Under the pieces are notes generated by a model that searched no databases, was not told the DNA's origin, and was given only the letters and a program-made list of their open reading frames with translations. The translations under genes were made by a program, and so were the position numbers. Shown piece by piece: positions 24,430 through 35,461 of a DNA stretch of 64,000 bases. The stretch's first letter is position 1; each line of letters starts with the position of its first letter. The stretch comes from a virus: positions 32,001 to 96,000 of IMG/VR virus record IMGVR_UViG_3300008107_000019. One strand, 5' to 3'.

Positions 24430-26671
24430 ATGACTCAATTATCCACAAATACTGTTGTATATGATCAAATAATTTCAAAAGTTTCTAAGTTTATAATTGA
24501 TTATAGAGAAAATAAATTTCCAACAAATAAGAAGTTGTTAGAAGAGTATCAAAATCTAATCTCATTTCTAAATCAAAGAGTTTCGCGGACCAATGACAGA
24601 GTTTGTTCCCTACATAAAAGGGGAACCGCCTATTTCAGAAAAGTTTAATAACTTTACATTTAACTATTCAAATGACATAAACGTTATCGCAAAGCAGTTG
24701 GACTACATATCTGCTGGAATAGTTAATTCATTTAACTTATTTACTTCCGAAATAGAACAGGAAAATAAGTTTATTAATAGAATTAAAAGTAAAGTAAAAG
24801 TTTTGCAGATGTACTCCAGTGGTCCTTCAAATGATCTTTACTATTTTGGAAATTCTTTTGATAGTTCTGACTATATTGATTTTTCAAAGATTCAAAATTC
24901 CACACTGATGCCACTTATTGAAAGTGGACAAATGTCATTATCTATTGGCCAAGTTAAAAACTGGATGCCAAAGTATGTATCCATAGAAGATGAGTCAAAT
25001 GGGTACCCAGGAAATAATCATGAAGCTTATAGATATAGCGAAACAGATTCTGATTACAGATACTTCTTTAAGGACAATCCTACATCTAGAAACAAAGAAA
25101 ATGTAAGAGATAATAATCCAACTACATTCTTTGAATATGAACAAGTAAACATAAAGAACAAACCTACAACAGCAAAAGATTTTGAATTTAAGTATTTGAC
25201 ATCCACAAGTGGATCAACAACAACTACCTATCAAGATTGGTCTTCTTTTTCTGGGTCAAAACTAGTTCTAGCAATGTCAATGGAATCAGATTATGCTCAG
25301 CCTGCAAACTTTGTTAATGTAATTCCTTATTTTGGAAGTGGAAACTTTATATCAAAAGACATAATGGTTTCTAAAATAGAAGTTACTGATGAAAAAAATT
25401 CCGTAGAGAATGTTATATCAAGTCCAATATGGATTAGCTCTAGTTTTATTCCTTCATCTTTAGATAAAGCAAAGTATTTCTATTACAGGGAAGCAAAGAT
25501 AAGGTTTGAGGAAAGAAACGTTAAAAAAATAAAGATTGTATTTGAACAGTATGAGTCTGTTGATACAAAAATAAAACACTTATATTACAAACCAGATTCT
25601 CAGACAGTTGCTGGAAACCCATATTATGGGCAAACAAGATTTGATCCAGATAATCCTTCTGTTGTTCAAGATCTTTTGTATCCAGAAATACCTTGGTCAT
25701 CTAAAATATACGATACAAAAGCTCTAGTGCCAAACGTTAATTCTCCAAATTCATTGAAGGCAGAGGTTAATAATACAAACTCTATTGATGTAAGGCTTCA
25801 AAGAGAAATCCCAAACTCAAGAGGTTATTGCGTTGTAGCTAGAGGTTTGGACGGAAGAACTTATAGAATAACAAATAGATTTTTTAATAATTTTAGTCAG
25901 ATTACATTCAGACTACCAAATTATAGTCAAATAAATGACACAAATAGAGCCACATATATATCCGATGCTAATGTTGTCAGTAGCTCTAGAGCTGATTCCT
26001 CGCCATATATTACGTCTGATGCAACAGATGAGCTTGCGGGATTGGTGGATTCAATTGTCACTTGGTTTAATACCACAAATGCAGATGGAACAAAAGCGCA
26101 AAAATACGCCAAGTTTGGCCTCAATGAGTCTTTTAGTGTTAGAAAAGAAATAACAAATAGTTACGACACAAAAACAGAAACAAGAAACTATAAAGTTAAT
26201 TTAGTTAGACAATATCAAATCCTCGATGCAGAAAGAAAAGCTATAGGACTTAGAGATGTATCTGTAGGCCTAGAGACTTACGCTGATGCTGCTCAAGTTG
26301 TATCTAGAAGATACGATGTTCCATCTGAAATAGAATACTTAACGATTTCTGCAGAGTCTTCTTTTTCCGGTTTAATTAGTGCAGATATAAATGAATATAT
26401 AACATACAGTGTTTCTTTTGATGATGGAGTAAACTGGGTTCCAATATCTTCTATTGAAAGTCCATTTAATAACACTCCAGAGGTTTTGGCAATTAATCAA
26501 AATATAGAAGAAAGATTTAGACTACCAGGTGTAAGCTATTTATTCCCACCAAAAATACCATCATCAGTAAAGAATTTTATTGTTAAAATAGATATGAAGA
26601 AACCATCTTCAAAGAATGTTACTCCAATATTATATTCCTATAAGGTAGGCGTAAAGGTTAAGCAAGTATGA
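24430..26671 (+). CDS. Virion structural protein (putative), ~746 aa via +1 shift at CGG 24586
   Basis: ATG 24430 follows the upstream TAA; the +1 frame GGA-CCA-ATG joins the 24593-26671 ORF. Confidence 0.65.
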
Positions 26672-28827
26672 GCATTTCAGAAATACAAAAAAGAAAATTC
26701 TTAGAGAACCTATATAGATATCTCTACTCAGGTGGGGTTTCCGAGTCTAGCAACTCTTACAGGCAGCCAAATGATGACGAAATAAAAAAAGAGTTTGACA
26801 ACTATTTTTCCGTTAACAGAATAGGTCTTCCATTAAGGAATGACATTAACCTATTTAGAAATACACCAACAACAGATCCTGACCTAATGAACAACTACAT
26901 GGCAAGATCTATATTTAACCTAGATGTATTATATGATTCAATAGATGATAATACAGAAAAGTTGATGGATTCTATATCTTTCTTAAATAAAAGAATAGAT
27001 TTTTTAAAGCAAAAAAGAGTTGACCTTGAGAAAAAGATAGATTCTATTTTATTTTCAATGTCAAATACTGATGGTTTCTTCTATTCTTTTTCAGAGTCAT
27101 TTGTTAATCTAAATAATGTTGATTTGTCATTCTCAAACGCTTTCGTAGATACAGAAAACAAAAAAGCAACTCTACCTAAGTTAAAGTCAAACGTTCTAGA
27201 TTTTAATGCTCCAGGAAAAATTAACTATTCAAATGTAAAATATAAGATAATGTTTAACGGTAATGCAGCTGTAGATGACAAGCAGATGCCAGATGTCAAC
27301 AACATGTTTGACGGACTCAATAACACAATGTCAAGCGTTGAGTTCAGCTCTGATGTCATTGGTCCATGCGCTTTGGTATTAAATATTCCTTTAGATGTTC
27401 CTTTTGTTGTTTCAAAAATAGACGGAAGACTGTCAACTAGTTCAGCTGTTACAACTATAGTTGAACTAATAAATCCACAAAATATTAATTCTTCTCAATT
27501 TAGAAGAAAGCAGTCTAACCTAGATTATGATAGATTCTCTTTTGATTTCAACCCACAGCTATCGGGTGTAGTTAGAATTACAATTATTAAATACGAACCA
27601 GACTATATAGATCAAAACAGCGGTAGAAATAAATATAAATACAACTTTACAATAAGAGACTTGATTGTAAGTGGTCAATACTATGATGCAAACGCTACAT
27701 TAATCAGCTCCCCTATTTCAATTCCAGCAGGTGATGACAATAAAATAATTGACTCTGTTAGCATTGAAGCTGCTAATGATAACCCAGAAGTTGGAAATAT
27801 TAATTTCTTTATTGCAAGAGATGTAGAAGGTGCAAGTTCAATTTCTGACTTTAACTGGATACCAATATCATCTTCTACTGAAAATACAGCAGCATATGAT
27901 CAAGTAATTTCTTTTTCTAAATCAAATAAAATATTTAGAAGCATTAAATCAACACCATCTTCAAATGATCTAAAACTCTATCCCCAATCTACTGATTCTA
28001 ATTTGTCTCTAAAAAATCCATCAAGTTCTATCTACAATGGGATTTCTGTTTATAGAGTGGCAAAATTAAATGAACAAGAATCTCCATATAATTCATATAT
28101 TCTAGATTCAGTTAATGCGTTTAGCTTTAAATACACATCTTACTCAAGTGGTCTTTACTTGGATACTACTAAGTGGTCTTCTATTATAAATAAAACACTT
28201 GAAAATGTTCAGGTTTTTGAGCCAGGAAACATACCAATTACAAATACTCCATCGATACCAATCTCGCTCAATCTAACTGGAATAAGTGGATTTCTTCAGT
28301 CATCTATTTTGGTAGATGAAGATACAGAAGTAATCAACTTTATATCAAAATCTGACACATCTGTGGACTGGGATTTAGCTGTTTACTTAAACGGTACACT
28401 GCTTGTAGATATGCCAGCAGGAGTTTCTAGAAAAGAAGTTTCCTGGTCATTCAAGAAGGGCGTAAATAATATTACGATTACATTTGATGCAGCGGGGACT
28501 TCTTCTGGCTCTATATCTTTAATGAGCGGTGTTTCTATTTCTACATACGGAGTGCCTTTTATTAAATATTATTCATATGTAGATCCTTTTGACTTTAGAG
28601 TCAATAGAAATGAAAACGATGCGGTGTTTACAATTGATAACTACTTAGGAAATAATGAAATACTATGTAGGTCTTTAATTAATGATAACTCTAGAATTGT
28701 TTTCCAGAGTAATTCAATTGATCCAGTTAAAGCAATAAGATTTAGAGCTGATTTTTCAAGATTCTCAAATCCATTTGGTACGCCTTCATTGGGTTCTTTT
28801 AGAATTAAATTTAAAAATAGTATTTAG
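26668..28827 (+). CDS. Virion structural protein (putative)
   Basis: 719 aa, ATGA overlap; helical N-terminus plus beta-rich body like its neighbours. Confidence 0.65.
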   Translation: MSISEIQKRKFLENLYRYLYSGGVSESSNSYRQPNDDEIKKEFDNYFSVNRIGLPLRNDINLFRNTPTTDPDLMNNYMARSIFNLDVLYDSIDDNTEKLMDSISFLNKRIDFLKQKRVDLEKKIDSILFSMSNTDGFFYSFSESFVNLNNVDLSFSNAFVDTENKKATLPKLKSNVLDFNAPGKINYSNVKYKIMFNGNAAVDDKQMPDVNNMFDGLNNTMSSVEFSSDVIGPCALVLNIPLDVPFVVSKIDGRLSTSSAVTTIVELINPQNINSSQFRRKQSNLDYDRFSFDFNPQLSGVVRITIIKYEPDYIDQNSGRNKYKYNFTIRDLIVSGQYYDANATLISSPISIPAGDDNKIIDSVSIEAANDNPEVGNINFFIARDVEGASSISDFNWIPISSSTENTAAYDQVISFSKSNKIFRSIKSTPSSNDLKLYPQSTDSNLSLKNPSSSIYNGISVYRVAKLNEQESPYNSYILDSVNAFSFKYTSYSSGLYLDTTKWSSIINKTLENVQVFEPGNIPITNTPSIPISLNLTGISGFLQSSILVDEDTEVINFISKSDTSVDWDLAVYLNGTLLVDMPAGVSRKEVSWSFKKGVNNITITFDAAGTSSGSISLMSGVSISTYGVPFIKYYSYVDPFDFRVNRNENDAVFTIDNYLGNNEILCRSLINDNSRIVFQSNSIDPVKAIRFRADFSRFSNPFGTPSLGSFRIKFKNSI

Positions 28828-28836
28828 GATTTTATT

Positions 28837-29238
28837 ATGGCAAAAGTTTATTTCGAAAGAAAAAGAATAATACAGCCTCTGTATCAGAGATTTCGTAGCA
28901 CCTTCAGGGGGCCCAGAAAATCCGAATATGAGAACCTGGAAATGAATAAAATTCTCATCGACATGCATAGGTTGGACGGGTACATACAAGGTATAGACGA
29001 GCAGATCTATGAGCAGCAGAGAATCTTTGTTGGTCAATTGGACCCAGAAAAGGTTCAAATACATGAGGAATATAACGATGGAAAGTACTATATATTTGAC
29101 GATGTTCAGATTGAGTACTATAGCGATTCTGCTACTCCAGACTATTTAGAAATAGATACATCAGATACAATTGCATCAAAAATGACTAGACTGTCTAGAA
29201 AAATTAAAATGCTAGAAAAAAGAAGGCTAAACGGATAA
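28837..29238 (+). CDS. Hypothetical structural-module protein
   Basis: 133 aa with AGGA RBS; FRGPRKS motif resembles YNGPVDS of the next gene. Confidence 0.6.
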   Translation: MAKVYFERKRIIQPLYQRFRSTFRGPRKSEYENLEMNKILIDMHRLDGYIQGIDEQIYEQQRIFVGQLDPEKVQIHEEYNDGKYYIFDDVQIEYYSDSATPDYLEIDTSDTIASKMTRLSRKIKMLEKRRLNG

Positions 29239-29239
29239 A

Positions 29240-30493
29240 ATGTCTGAATTTATATACACACAAAAAAGAACGAGACAATACAATGGCCCAGTAGACAGCG
29301 CTGACCATAATGAAAGAATTGAAGAGAATTATAAGGATTTAGTTTATTTATACAATAAGTATAATGTAACTGACCAAAAGCTTTCTGAGGCATTTCAAAG
29401 GGTCTTAAAGGATCATATTTTTATTAATCAGTATATTAAAGATATGGACGATAGAATTAAGGCTCTTGAATCAAATGATGATTTAATATCTATCCACAGC
29501 TATTCTCAAATAGATAACTCCGCTATACCAGACGGCGAGTTTGCCATGCAGGGCGACGAGGTTCTTTCCTATGATCCTATTTACAATATAGTCACACTTC
29601 CAAAAATAGACGGTGCATCACACTCAAAATTAAAGTTCTTTACTGGTACAGATGGTCAGATAATTCCAAACTTTTTTGAAACAAAGATATCAAATACACT
29701 GCCTGGAGTCGATGTTCAGGGAGCCATTATAGATGGAACAAACGTCTATAATTCAATATTGGATAGATCTGACAAATACTGGAAGCGTAGCATTATCACA
29801 GATACTACATCGCCCTACGGTGCTCAGATGTTTTTGTATGTTAAAGTTCCACTTGAATACACTGGCTCAAAGAAGACTAACTTTATAAAATTAAATCCTT
29901 TTCCACTCTTTGGCGTAGATATTTTGTCCATAGAGTACACCACAATAACAAATCCTACAATGACAGAGTACGATACTTGGTATCCTTTGAATAGAGATAG
30001 GTTATATGACGGTAACACAGATGCTGTAGGAAAGGTTCCACCTGGAGCTTGGACGACAGCTGGTTCTGATTACATTTTAAATTCTGGTCCAATAGGTTTT
30101 TATTTCCAGGATTTAGAAATAACAGCTTTCAGAATAGCTATGAGACAAAAGAACTATCTGATTGAAAATAATAAAAAAGTATATACTTATGGTCTAAGCG
30201 ACATGGACATCAGATATGATAAATTTTTGCCATCTGGTAGAATGATATTTAAATTTGACGCTCCAGAAGGGGATACAATATCTTCTATTACAAACGTCAC
30301 ACCAAAGATCTACAATGTATCACCCTCTCTTTTGTCTCAAGCTTTTAGCTATAGAGTAATCTATAGAGATGGTTCAATATACACCCTTGAAAACCCTGGT
30401 TCCTCTAATTCCGTATGGATTGAGGTTACACTAAATCAGCTTTCTGACGGCACTGCTCCAGTTTTGTCTGATTTAGTCGTGAATTATAACTAA
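29240..30493 (+). CDS. Virion structural protein (putative)
   Basis: 417-aa ORF coupled to the previous gene. Confidence 0.65.
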   Translation: MSEFIYTQKRTRQYNGPVDSADHNERIEENYKDLVYLYNKYNVTDQKLSEAFQRVLKDHIFINQYIKDMDDRIKALESNDDLISIHSYSQIDNSAIPDGEFAMQGDEVLSYDPIYNIVTLPKIDGASHSKLKFFTGTDGQIIPNFFETKISNTLPGVDVQGAIIDGTNVYNSILDRSDKYWKRSIITDTTSPYGAQMFLYVKVPLEYTGSKKTNFIKLNPFPLFGVDILSIEYTTITNPTMTEYDTWYPLNRDRLYDGNTDAVGKVPPGAWTTAGSDYILNSGPIGFYFQDLEITAFRIAMRQKNYLIENNKKVYTYGLSDMDIRYDKFLPSGRMIFKFDAPEGDTISSITNVTPKIYNVSPSLLSQAFSYRVIYRDGSIYTLENPGSSNSVWIEVTLNQLSDGTAPVLSDLVVNYN

Positions 30494-30511
30494 AGATAAA
30501 CATATTCATAA

Positions 30512-30518
30512 TTACTAT
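30512..30518 (+). promoter_or_regulatory. Candidate phage late promoter TTACTAT
   Basis: Intergenic TTACTAT; the same motif lies upstream of genes at 55713, 56458, 60772 and 61454. Confidence 0.5.
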
Positions 30519-30550
30519 ATAAGCTTAAGAGCTTATCCAAGGAGACTAAA

Positions 30551-31177
30551 ATGGCTACTTTTTACGTAGGACCCCGTCCTGTACTTAAGGGTCAAAACAC
30601 TGCACAGATGGTTAATCCATATACCACAATGACCGGCAAGGCCAAAGGTGCAGGGACCTATTCGTACTATCCACTTTACAGCACAAGCCATGTTCTAGAT
30701 GGTGCGCCAGATAATGACCACACCCCTGGTACTGGATACCATCCTGGCAATGTGTTACTTTCGCAAATTTTTAACGGCACTAGCCTTTATATTCACCCAC
30801 TCGCTGGGACATTCCCAGACGGTACTGCAACATATGATGGTGCAAGATTCCGTCCAATGGAGTACAAAGGTTTAGCTGGTGCAGCAGCCTTCCCAAGCGG
30901 TTTTGGTCACGCAGACAGAACAAGCGATTACAGCTACAATAACTACATATTTGATGGTGTTAGCTCAGCTAATGTTTTTGCTAATACAGGTCACGCTCCA
31001 AGAACAGATGCACAGGGAGCACCAGCTTCATTTGGATCTTTCAGACCAGACGAGTATAATGGTCTTGCTAGTGCAAAAGTTTTTACAGATGGCTACGGTC
31101 AAGCAAACGTAACGGGTGATTATGGTAGAGAGAAAGTGCAAGAGTGGTACGGAGTACCATCTGCAAAAGCTCTCTAA
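30551..31177 (+). CDS. Gly/Ala/aromatic-rich protein with internal repeats (putative abundant virion protein)
   Basis: AAGGAG RBS; repeats FRPMEYKGLAGAAAF / FRPDEYNGLASAKVF / FDGVSSANVF. Confidence 0.7.
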   Translation: MATFYVGPRPVLKGQNTAQMVNPYTTMTGKAKGAGTYSYYPLYSTSHVLDGAPDNDHTPGTGYHPGNVLLSQIFNGTSLYIHPLAGTFPDGTATYDGARFRPMEYKGLAGAAAFPSGFGHADRTSDYSYNNYIFDGVSSANVFANTGHAPRTDAQGAPASFGSFRPDEYNGLASAKVFTDGYGQANVTGDYGREKVQEWYGVPSAKAL

Positions 31178-31430
31178 TTATTTTAGCTCTCCTGTTGAGC
31201 TAGAAAAAGATTCTAGAACAACAGGTTTAATTGGATGGGCAATACTGGCGTCTTTTGTGGTCGCTTATGATATTTATGCAATAAAAAGCAGGAAAGCTGA
31301 AACGCTAACAAGAAGTTTTTGGAGGCTTTCTGAGAATAAAATCTCAAAGTTTCCTGTTCTTGCAGCGTGGGTAATAATAACATTTCACCTTATGCTGGAA
31401 AAAGATGTAAGAAGAAGAATAACTAAATAG
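31116..31430 (+). CDS. Small membrane protein (start uncertain)
   Basis: Two hydrophobic segments, GWAILASFVVAYD and PVLAAWVIITFHL. Confidence 0.6.
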   Translation: MIMVERKCKSGTEYHLQKLSNYFSSPVELEKDSRTTGLIGWAILASFVVAYDIYAIKSRKAETLTRSFWRLSENKISKFPVLAAWVIITFHLMLEKDVRRRITK

Positions 31431-31459
31431 CCTTCATATATATATTATCGGACTTACGG

Positions 31460-31468
31460 TGGTATACT
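31460..31468 (+). promoter_or_regulatory. Extended -10 promoter (TGGTATACT)
   Basis: TGn-TATACT in the intergenic region at the module boundary. Confidence 0.45.
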
Positions 31469-31492
31469 ATTGTAGGCGGATGAATAGAAATT

Positions 31493-31522
31493 CCCGCTCT
31501 TATGAGCGGGTTTTTCTCTTTT
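31493..31522 (+). terminator. Intrinsic terminator
   Basis: CCCGCTC-TTAT-GAGCGGG hairpin followed by TTTTTCTCTTTT. Confidence 0.75.
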
Positions 31523-31573
31523 ATAAGCGCTTTTATAGGTTTGAGCAAGTTTAAGTAGAGGTATAAGGGTTAT

Positions 31574-32281
31574 ATGTTAATCGAAGATCTGCAGAAGGTT
31601 GTTGACGGCGAATCGCTTCCGACCAATGTTGCAGACATGTACTTAAAAATATATGTGTCTGACATAGACTGGAAGCCTCACATTGCAAAGCACTGGTCTA
31701 ATACAAAGAATAAAATGTCAGAAGAAGATACAGCTAAAGCACACATAAGAAAATCTATTGCTTGTGCTAGCTTGATTCCAGTATATGACAAAAAAATTAT
31801 TCCTGATCCACCACAAAACTTATTATTCTGGTGTCCTACTTGGTCTCAGTTTAATGAGAGAGATTGGATTGAGTTGTATAAAAGAGTTGTCGAAGACGAT
31901 ATAAAAATCAGAAATCATAGGAAGAAACTTTTGTCTTATGGTGTTATAGATTCAATCGACTATTTACCGCTTACTAGACAAGCTTTTAACTGGCTTTATA
32001 TGAAAGCTGAAGAAACCAGTGCGGTTACAAAAAACAAAGAAGATCTAATTAAAAAGTTTGAAAACTTAGTTAAAATATACGGTGGCGCAGTTATCTGTAA
32101 TGTTTTTTCTAAGCATGAAAACAATATAGCAAAAGTACTTAATTGGAGAAGTGGATATTTTATAGAGAAAGAAATATATAAAATATACACACCAGAACAA
32201 ATAAGCAAAATAAAGCAAACGGAAATATCTAAAATAGATCCGAAATACGTAAAGAAACTAACTAAAAACAAGGAGTCATGA
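31574..32281 (+). CDS. Hypothetical protein
   Basis: 235-aa ORF, AAGGG upstream, overlaps the RNR start. Confidence 0.65.
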   Translation: MLIEDLQKVVDGESLPTNVADMYLKIYVSDIDWKPHIAKHWSNTKNKMSEEDTAKAHIRKSIACASLIPVYDKKIIPDPPQNLLFWCPTWSQFNERDWIELYKRVVEDDIKIRNHRKKLLSYGVIDSIDYLPLTRQAFNWLYMKAEETSAVTKNKEDLIKKFENLVKIYGGAVICNVFSKHENNIAKVLNWRSGYFIEKEIYKIYTPEQISKIKQTEISKIDPKYVKKLTKNKES

Positions 32282-34395
32282 TGTCTGTTGAGACGATAAC
32301 ACAAGAGCAAACTACCACTAATTTTAATCCAAGTATAAGCAATAATAAAACCACTAATATGTTCTCGTTCAGAATAAGTGATGATTTTTTAGCTTCGTAT
32401 AAGACAAAGACTCCTCCTTTTGGCTATAAAGATGCTGGCGGAAACTCAGTAGGTGAAATTACATTTCTTCGTACCTATTCGCGCCTAAAAGAAGACGGGA
32501 CCAAAGAGACGTGGGTTGACGTATGTGAGAGAGTAATTAATGGAATGTACTCTTTACAGAAAGATCACTGCAAGAGAAATAGACTTCCATGGAATGATGC
32601 CAAGGCACAAGCTTCAGCTAAAGAGGCATTTGACCGTTTGTTTAACCTTAAGTGGACACCACCTGGAAGAGGACTTTGGGTTATGGGCACGCAGATTGTT
32701 AATGTACAGAGAAACTCAGCTGCACTACAAAACTGTGCGTTTGTTTCAACCGCAGAAATGAACAAATTAAATCCAGCAAAACCATTTGCATTTCTCATGG
32801 AGGCGTCAATGCTTGGCGTTGGTGTTGGGTTTGATGACAAAGGTGCAGATAAGGATTTTACAATCTATGAACCATCAAAACCTGTAGTCACTGAAGCGAT
32901 AGAGGACAGCAGAGAGGGTTGGGTACAGTCAGTAACCAATCTAATTAACTGCTATCTTAAAGCTGATCAAAACCCAATTGAGTTTGACTACTCTCTTGTT
33001 CGTCCAGCTGGAACTCCAATTAAAACATTTGGTGGTACTGCATCTGGTCCTGGCCCGCTAATTAAGCTACACAAAGCAATCAACTCTTTATTTAAGGGCA
33101 GAGACGGACAGAAGCTCACTAGAAAAGATATAGCAGATATTGGTAACCTTATTGGAGTTTGCGTAGTGTCTGGAAATGTTAGAAGATCAGCAGAGCTTTT
33201 GATAGGAAGAATCGATGACGCAGACTTCTTGAACCTTAAAAACGCAGAAGTATTTCCTGAAAGAAATTCGTATGACTCTGAGAATCCTGGTTGGGGATGG
33301 ATGTCAAACAATTCGGTTGAAACTTCTGTCGGCCAAGACCTTTCTCCAATTGTAGAGGGAATAGCTAGAAACGGAGAGCCAGGAGTAATTTGGCTTGACA
33401 TGTCAAGAAAGTATGGCCGTTTGGCAGATGCCCCAAACAACAAAGACTGGCGTGTAGCTGGCTATAACCCATGCGCAGAACAGTCCCTAGAGTCCTATGA
33501 GTGTTGCACTCTAGTAGAGACATATCTTAATCGTCACGAAAACCTAGAAGATTATAAGCGTACTCTTAAGTTTGCTTATCTTTATGCAAAGACAGTAACT
33601 CTGCTTCCAACCCATTGGGAAGAGACAAATGCTATCATGCAACGCAACCGTAGAATTGGAACATCAATGTCTGGCGTTGCTAATTTTGCTGACAGCGTCG
33701 GTATGCCAGTGCTTCGTGAGTGGATGGACGAGGGTTATAAGACCGTTAAGAATTACGATACCGTATATTCAGAGTGGCTTGGTATTCGTGAGTCAATTAA
33801 GATGACTACCGTTAAGCCTTCAGGTACAGTTTCAATTCTTGCTGGTGAGTCACCTGGTGTTCACTGGACCCCTGGTGGAAAGTATTTTGACAGAGCAATT
33901 AGATTCTCTAACGATGACCCAATGCTTCCTTTGTTTAAGATGGCAAACTATCGTGTTGAGCCTGCATCTGAATCACCAGATACTACAAGTGTTGTATTCT
34001 TTCCAATTAAGTCAGACGCCAATAGATCTGAAAAAGAAGTGACTATTTTTGAGAAAATGGCTCTTGCAGCAGCAGCTCAAAGATACTGGTCTGATAACTC
34101 TGTTTCTGTTACAATTTCTTTCGACGCAGAAAAAGAAAAAGATTATATTGGTACAGTTCTTCACATGTATGATGGTCAGTTAAAGACTGTTTCCTTCCTT
34201 CCTGAGGGTAATATGACTTACCCCCAGATGCCATACACTCAGATTACTGAAGAAGAATATGAATCATATACTGGAAAGTTATTCCCAATTGATTTCTCTG
34301 GAGTCTATGCTGGGATGGCCTCAGATGCAATAGGTGAAAACTACTGCACTACAGATTCATGTGAAATTAAATTTATAAAGGAAAACAATAAGTAA
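32278..34395 (+). CDS. nrdJ: Class II (adenosylcobalamin-dependent) ribonucleotide reductase
   Basis: RTYSR, PPGRGLW, NCAF, GNVRRSA, NPCAEQ, TTVKPSGT and C-terminal CTTDSC. Confidence 0.95.
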   Translation: MMSVETITQEQTTTNFNPSISNNKTTNMFSFRISDDFLASYKTKTPPFGYKDAGGNSVGEITFLRTYSRLKEDGTKETWVDVCERVINGMYSLQKDHCKRNRLPWNDAKAQASAKEAFDRLFNLKWTPPGRGLWVMGTQIVNVQRNSAALQNCAFVSTAEMNKLNPAKPFAFLMEASMLGVGVGFDDKGADKDFTIYEPSKPVVTEAIEDSREGWVQSVTNLINCYLKADQNPIEFDYSLVRPAGTPIKTFGGTASGPGPLIKLHKAINSLFKGRDGQKLTRKDIADIGNLIGVCVVSGNVRRSAELLIGRIDDADFLNLKNAEVFPERNSYDSENPGWGWMSNNSVETSVGQDLSPIVEGIARNGEPGVIWLDMSRKYGRLADAPNNKDWRVAGYNPCAEQSLESYECCTLVETYLNRHENLEDYKRTLKFAYLYAKTVTLLPTHWEETNAIMQRNRRIGTSMSGVANFADSVGMPVLREWMDEGYKTVKNYDTVYSEWLGIRESIKMTTVKPSGTVSILAGESPGVHWTPGGKYFDRAIRFSNDDPMLPLFKMANYRVEPASESPDTTSVVFFPIKSDANRSEKEVTIFEKMALAAAAQRYWSDNSVSVTISFDAEKEKDYIGTVLHMYDGQLKTVSFLPEGNMTYPQMPYTQITEEEYESYTGKLFPIDFSGVYAGMASDAIGENYCTTDSCEIKFIKENNK

Positions 34396-34404
34396 ACGAT
34401 AAGT

Positions 34405-34761
34405 ATGTCAGAATTTGAAGATGATGATATAGATAAAATGTTTGAAGAAATAATAGGGTCAGACGGACTAGAGGATATGAAGTCTCATGAAGTCGATGCT
34501 ATTATTAACATAGAAAAAGTTTCCACAGAGATTCTCTTAAAGGAATTGAATTTTATAATTCAATCTCTATCTAGGGCTACTACTCATGTTTCCGAATTGG
34601 CTATTAGCTTTATGTCAATAGAGGATTATGCCCTAGATGATGATTTAAGAGATCTCTTGGGAACTATCTATAAGTTAACTGAAGATTTAGATGAATATAT
34701 GGTAGAATTATTTATAGAAGAATCAGAGTTATTAGAAGAAGAAGATGAAGAAGATGAGTGA
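34405..34761 (+). CDS. Acidic hypothetical protein
   Basis: 118-aa D/E-rich ORF. Confidence 0.6.
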   Translation: MSEFEDDDIDKMFEEIIGSDGLEDMKSHEVDAIINIEKVSTEILLKELNFIIQSLSRATTHVSELAISFMSIEDYALDDDLRDLLGTIYKLTEDLDEYMVELFIEESELLEEEDEEDE

Positions 34762-35461
34762 TAATAATTTAGTTACAGTTTTAGATAACGGTTACGTACG
34801 CCTCGTTGACCATATGGGGTCTGATCTCTCTGTCGTTAATGCGGCAAGAGCTTCTTTTGCAAAAGAAAGTAAAGAGTTTTCTACTAGCGATGCTAGATTG
34901 ATAGACTTTTTGGCCAGAGAAAATCATATGTCTCCATTTCGTCACGCCTTTATGACTTTTGAATTTAAGGCTCCATTGATGGTTGCACGACAGCATTGGA
35001 AATATGTTGTTGGTTCCGATCACACAATGGACTCTTGGAACGAGTCTTCTAGAAGATATGTGACAATGGAGCCAGAGTTTTATATACCAAAGTCTGATCA
35101 GTGGAGATTAGCTCCAGAAGATAAAAAACAAGGCTCTGCTGGACTGTCTGATCCTTTTACTGGAGCTGCTCTTTCTGAGCAATTGATTAGATATATAGAA
35201 CAAGGTGAGGCATATTACAACCTGGCAATGGAGTCTGGAATTGCTCCAGAACAAGCAAGATTATTCCTTCCGGCATATGCTATGCATGTAGTTTACAGAT
35301 GGTCATGCAGCCTTCAGTCAGCATGTCTTTTCTTAGTGCAGAGACTAGAAGAGCAGGCGCAAGAGGAAATTAGAGACTATGCAGAAGCAGTCCTTTTGCT
35401 TATAAAAGATTTGTATCCTGTGTCCATCAAGGCACTTGTTGGCAAGTACTCATATGCTTGA
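34754..35461 (+). CDS. thyX: Flavin-dependent thymidylate synthase (variant motif)
   Basis: VVNAARASF, HMSPFRH, WNESSRRY, APEQARLFLP, AQEEIR; alternative start 34745. Confidence 0.88.
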   Translation: MSDNNLVTVLDNGYVRLVDHMGSDLSVVNAARASFAKESKEFSTSDARLIDFLARENHMSPFRHAFMTFEFKAPLMVARQHWKYVVGSDHTMDSWNESSRRYVTMEPEFYIPKSDQWRLAPEDKKQGSAGLSDPFTGAALSEQLIRYIEQGEAYYNLAMESGIAPEQARLFLPAYAMHVVYRWSCSLQSACLFLVQRLEEQAQEEIRDYAEAVLLLIKDLYPVSIKALVGKYSYA

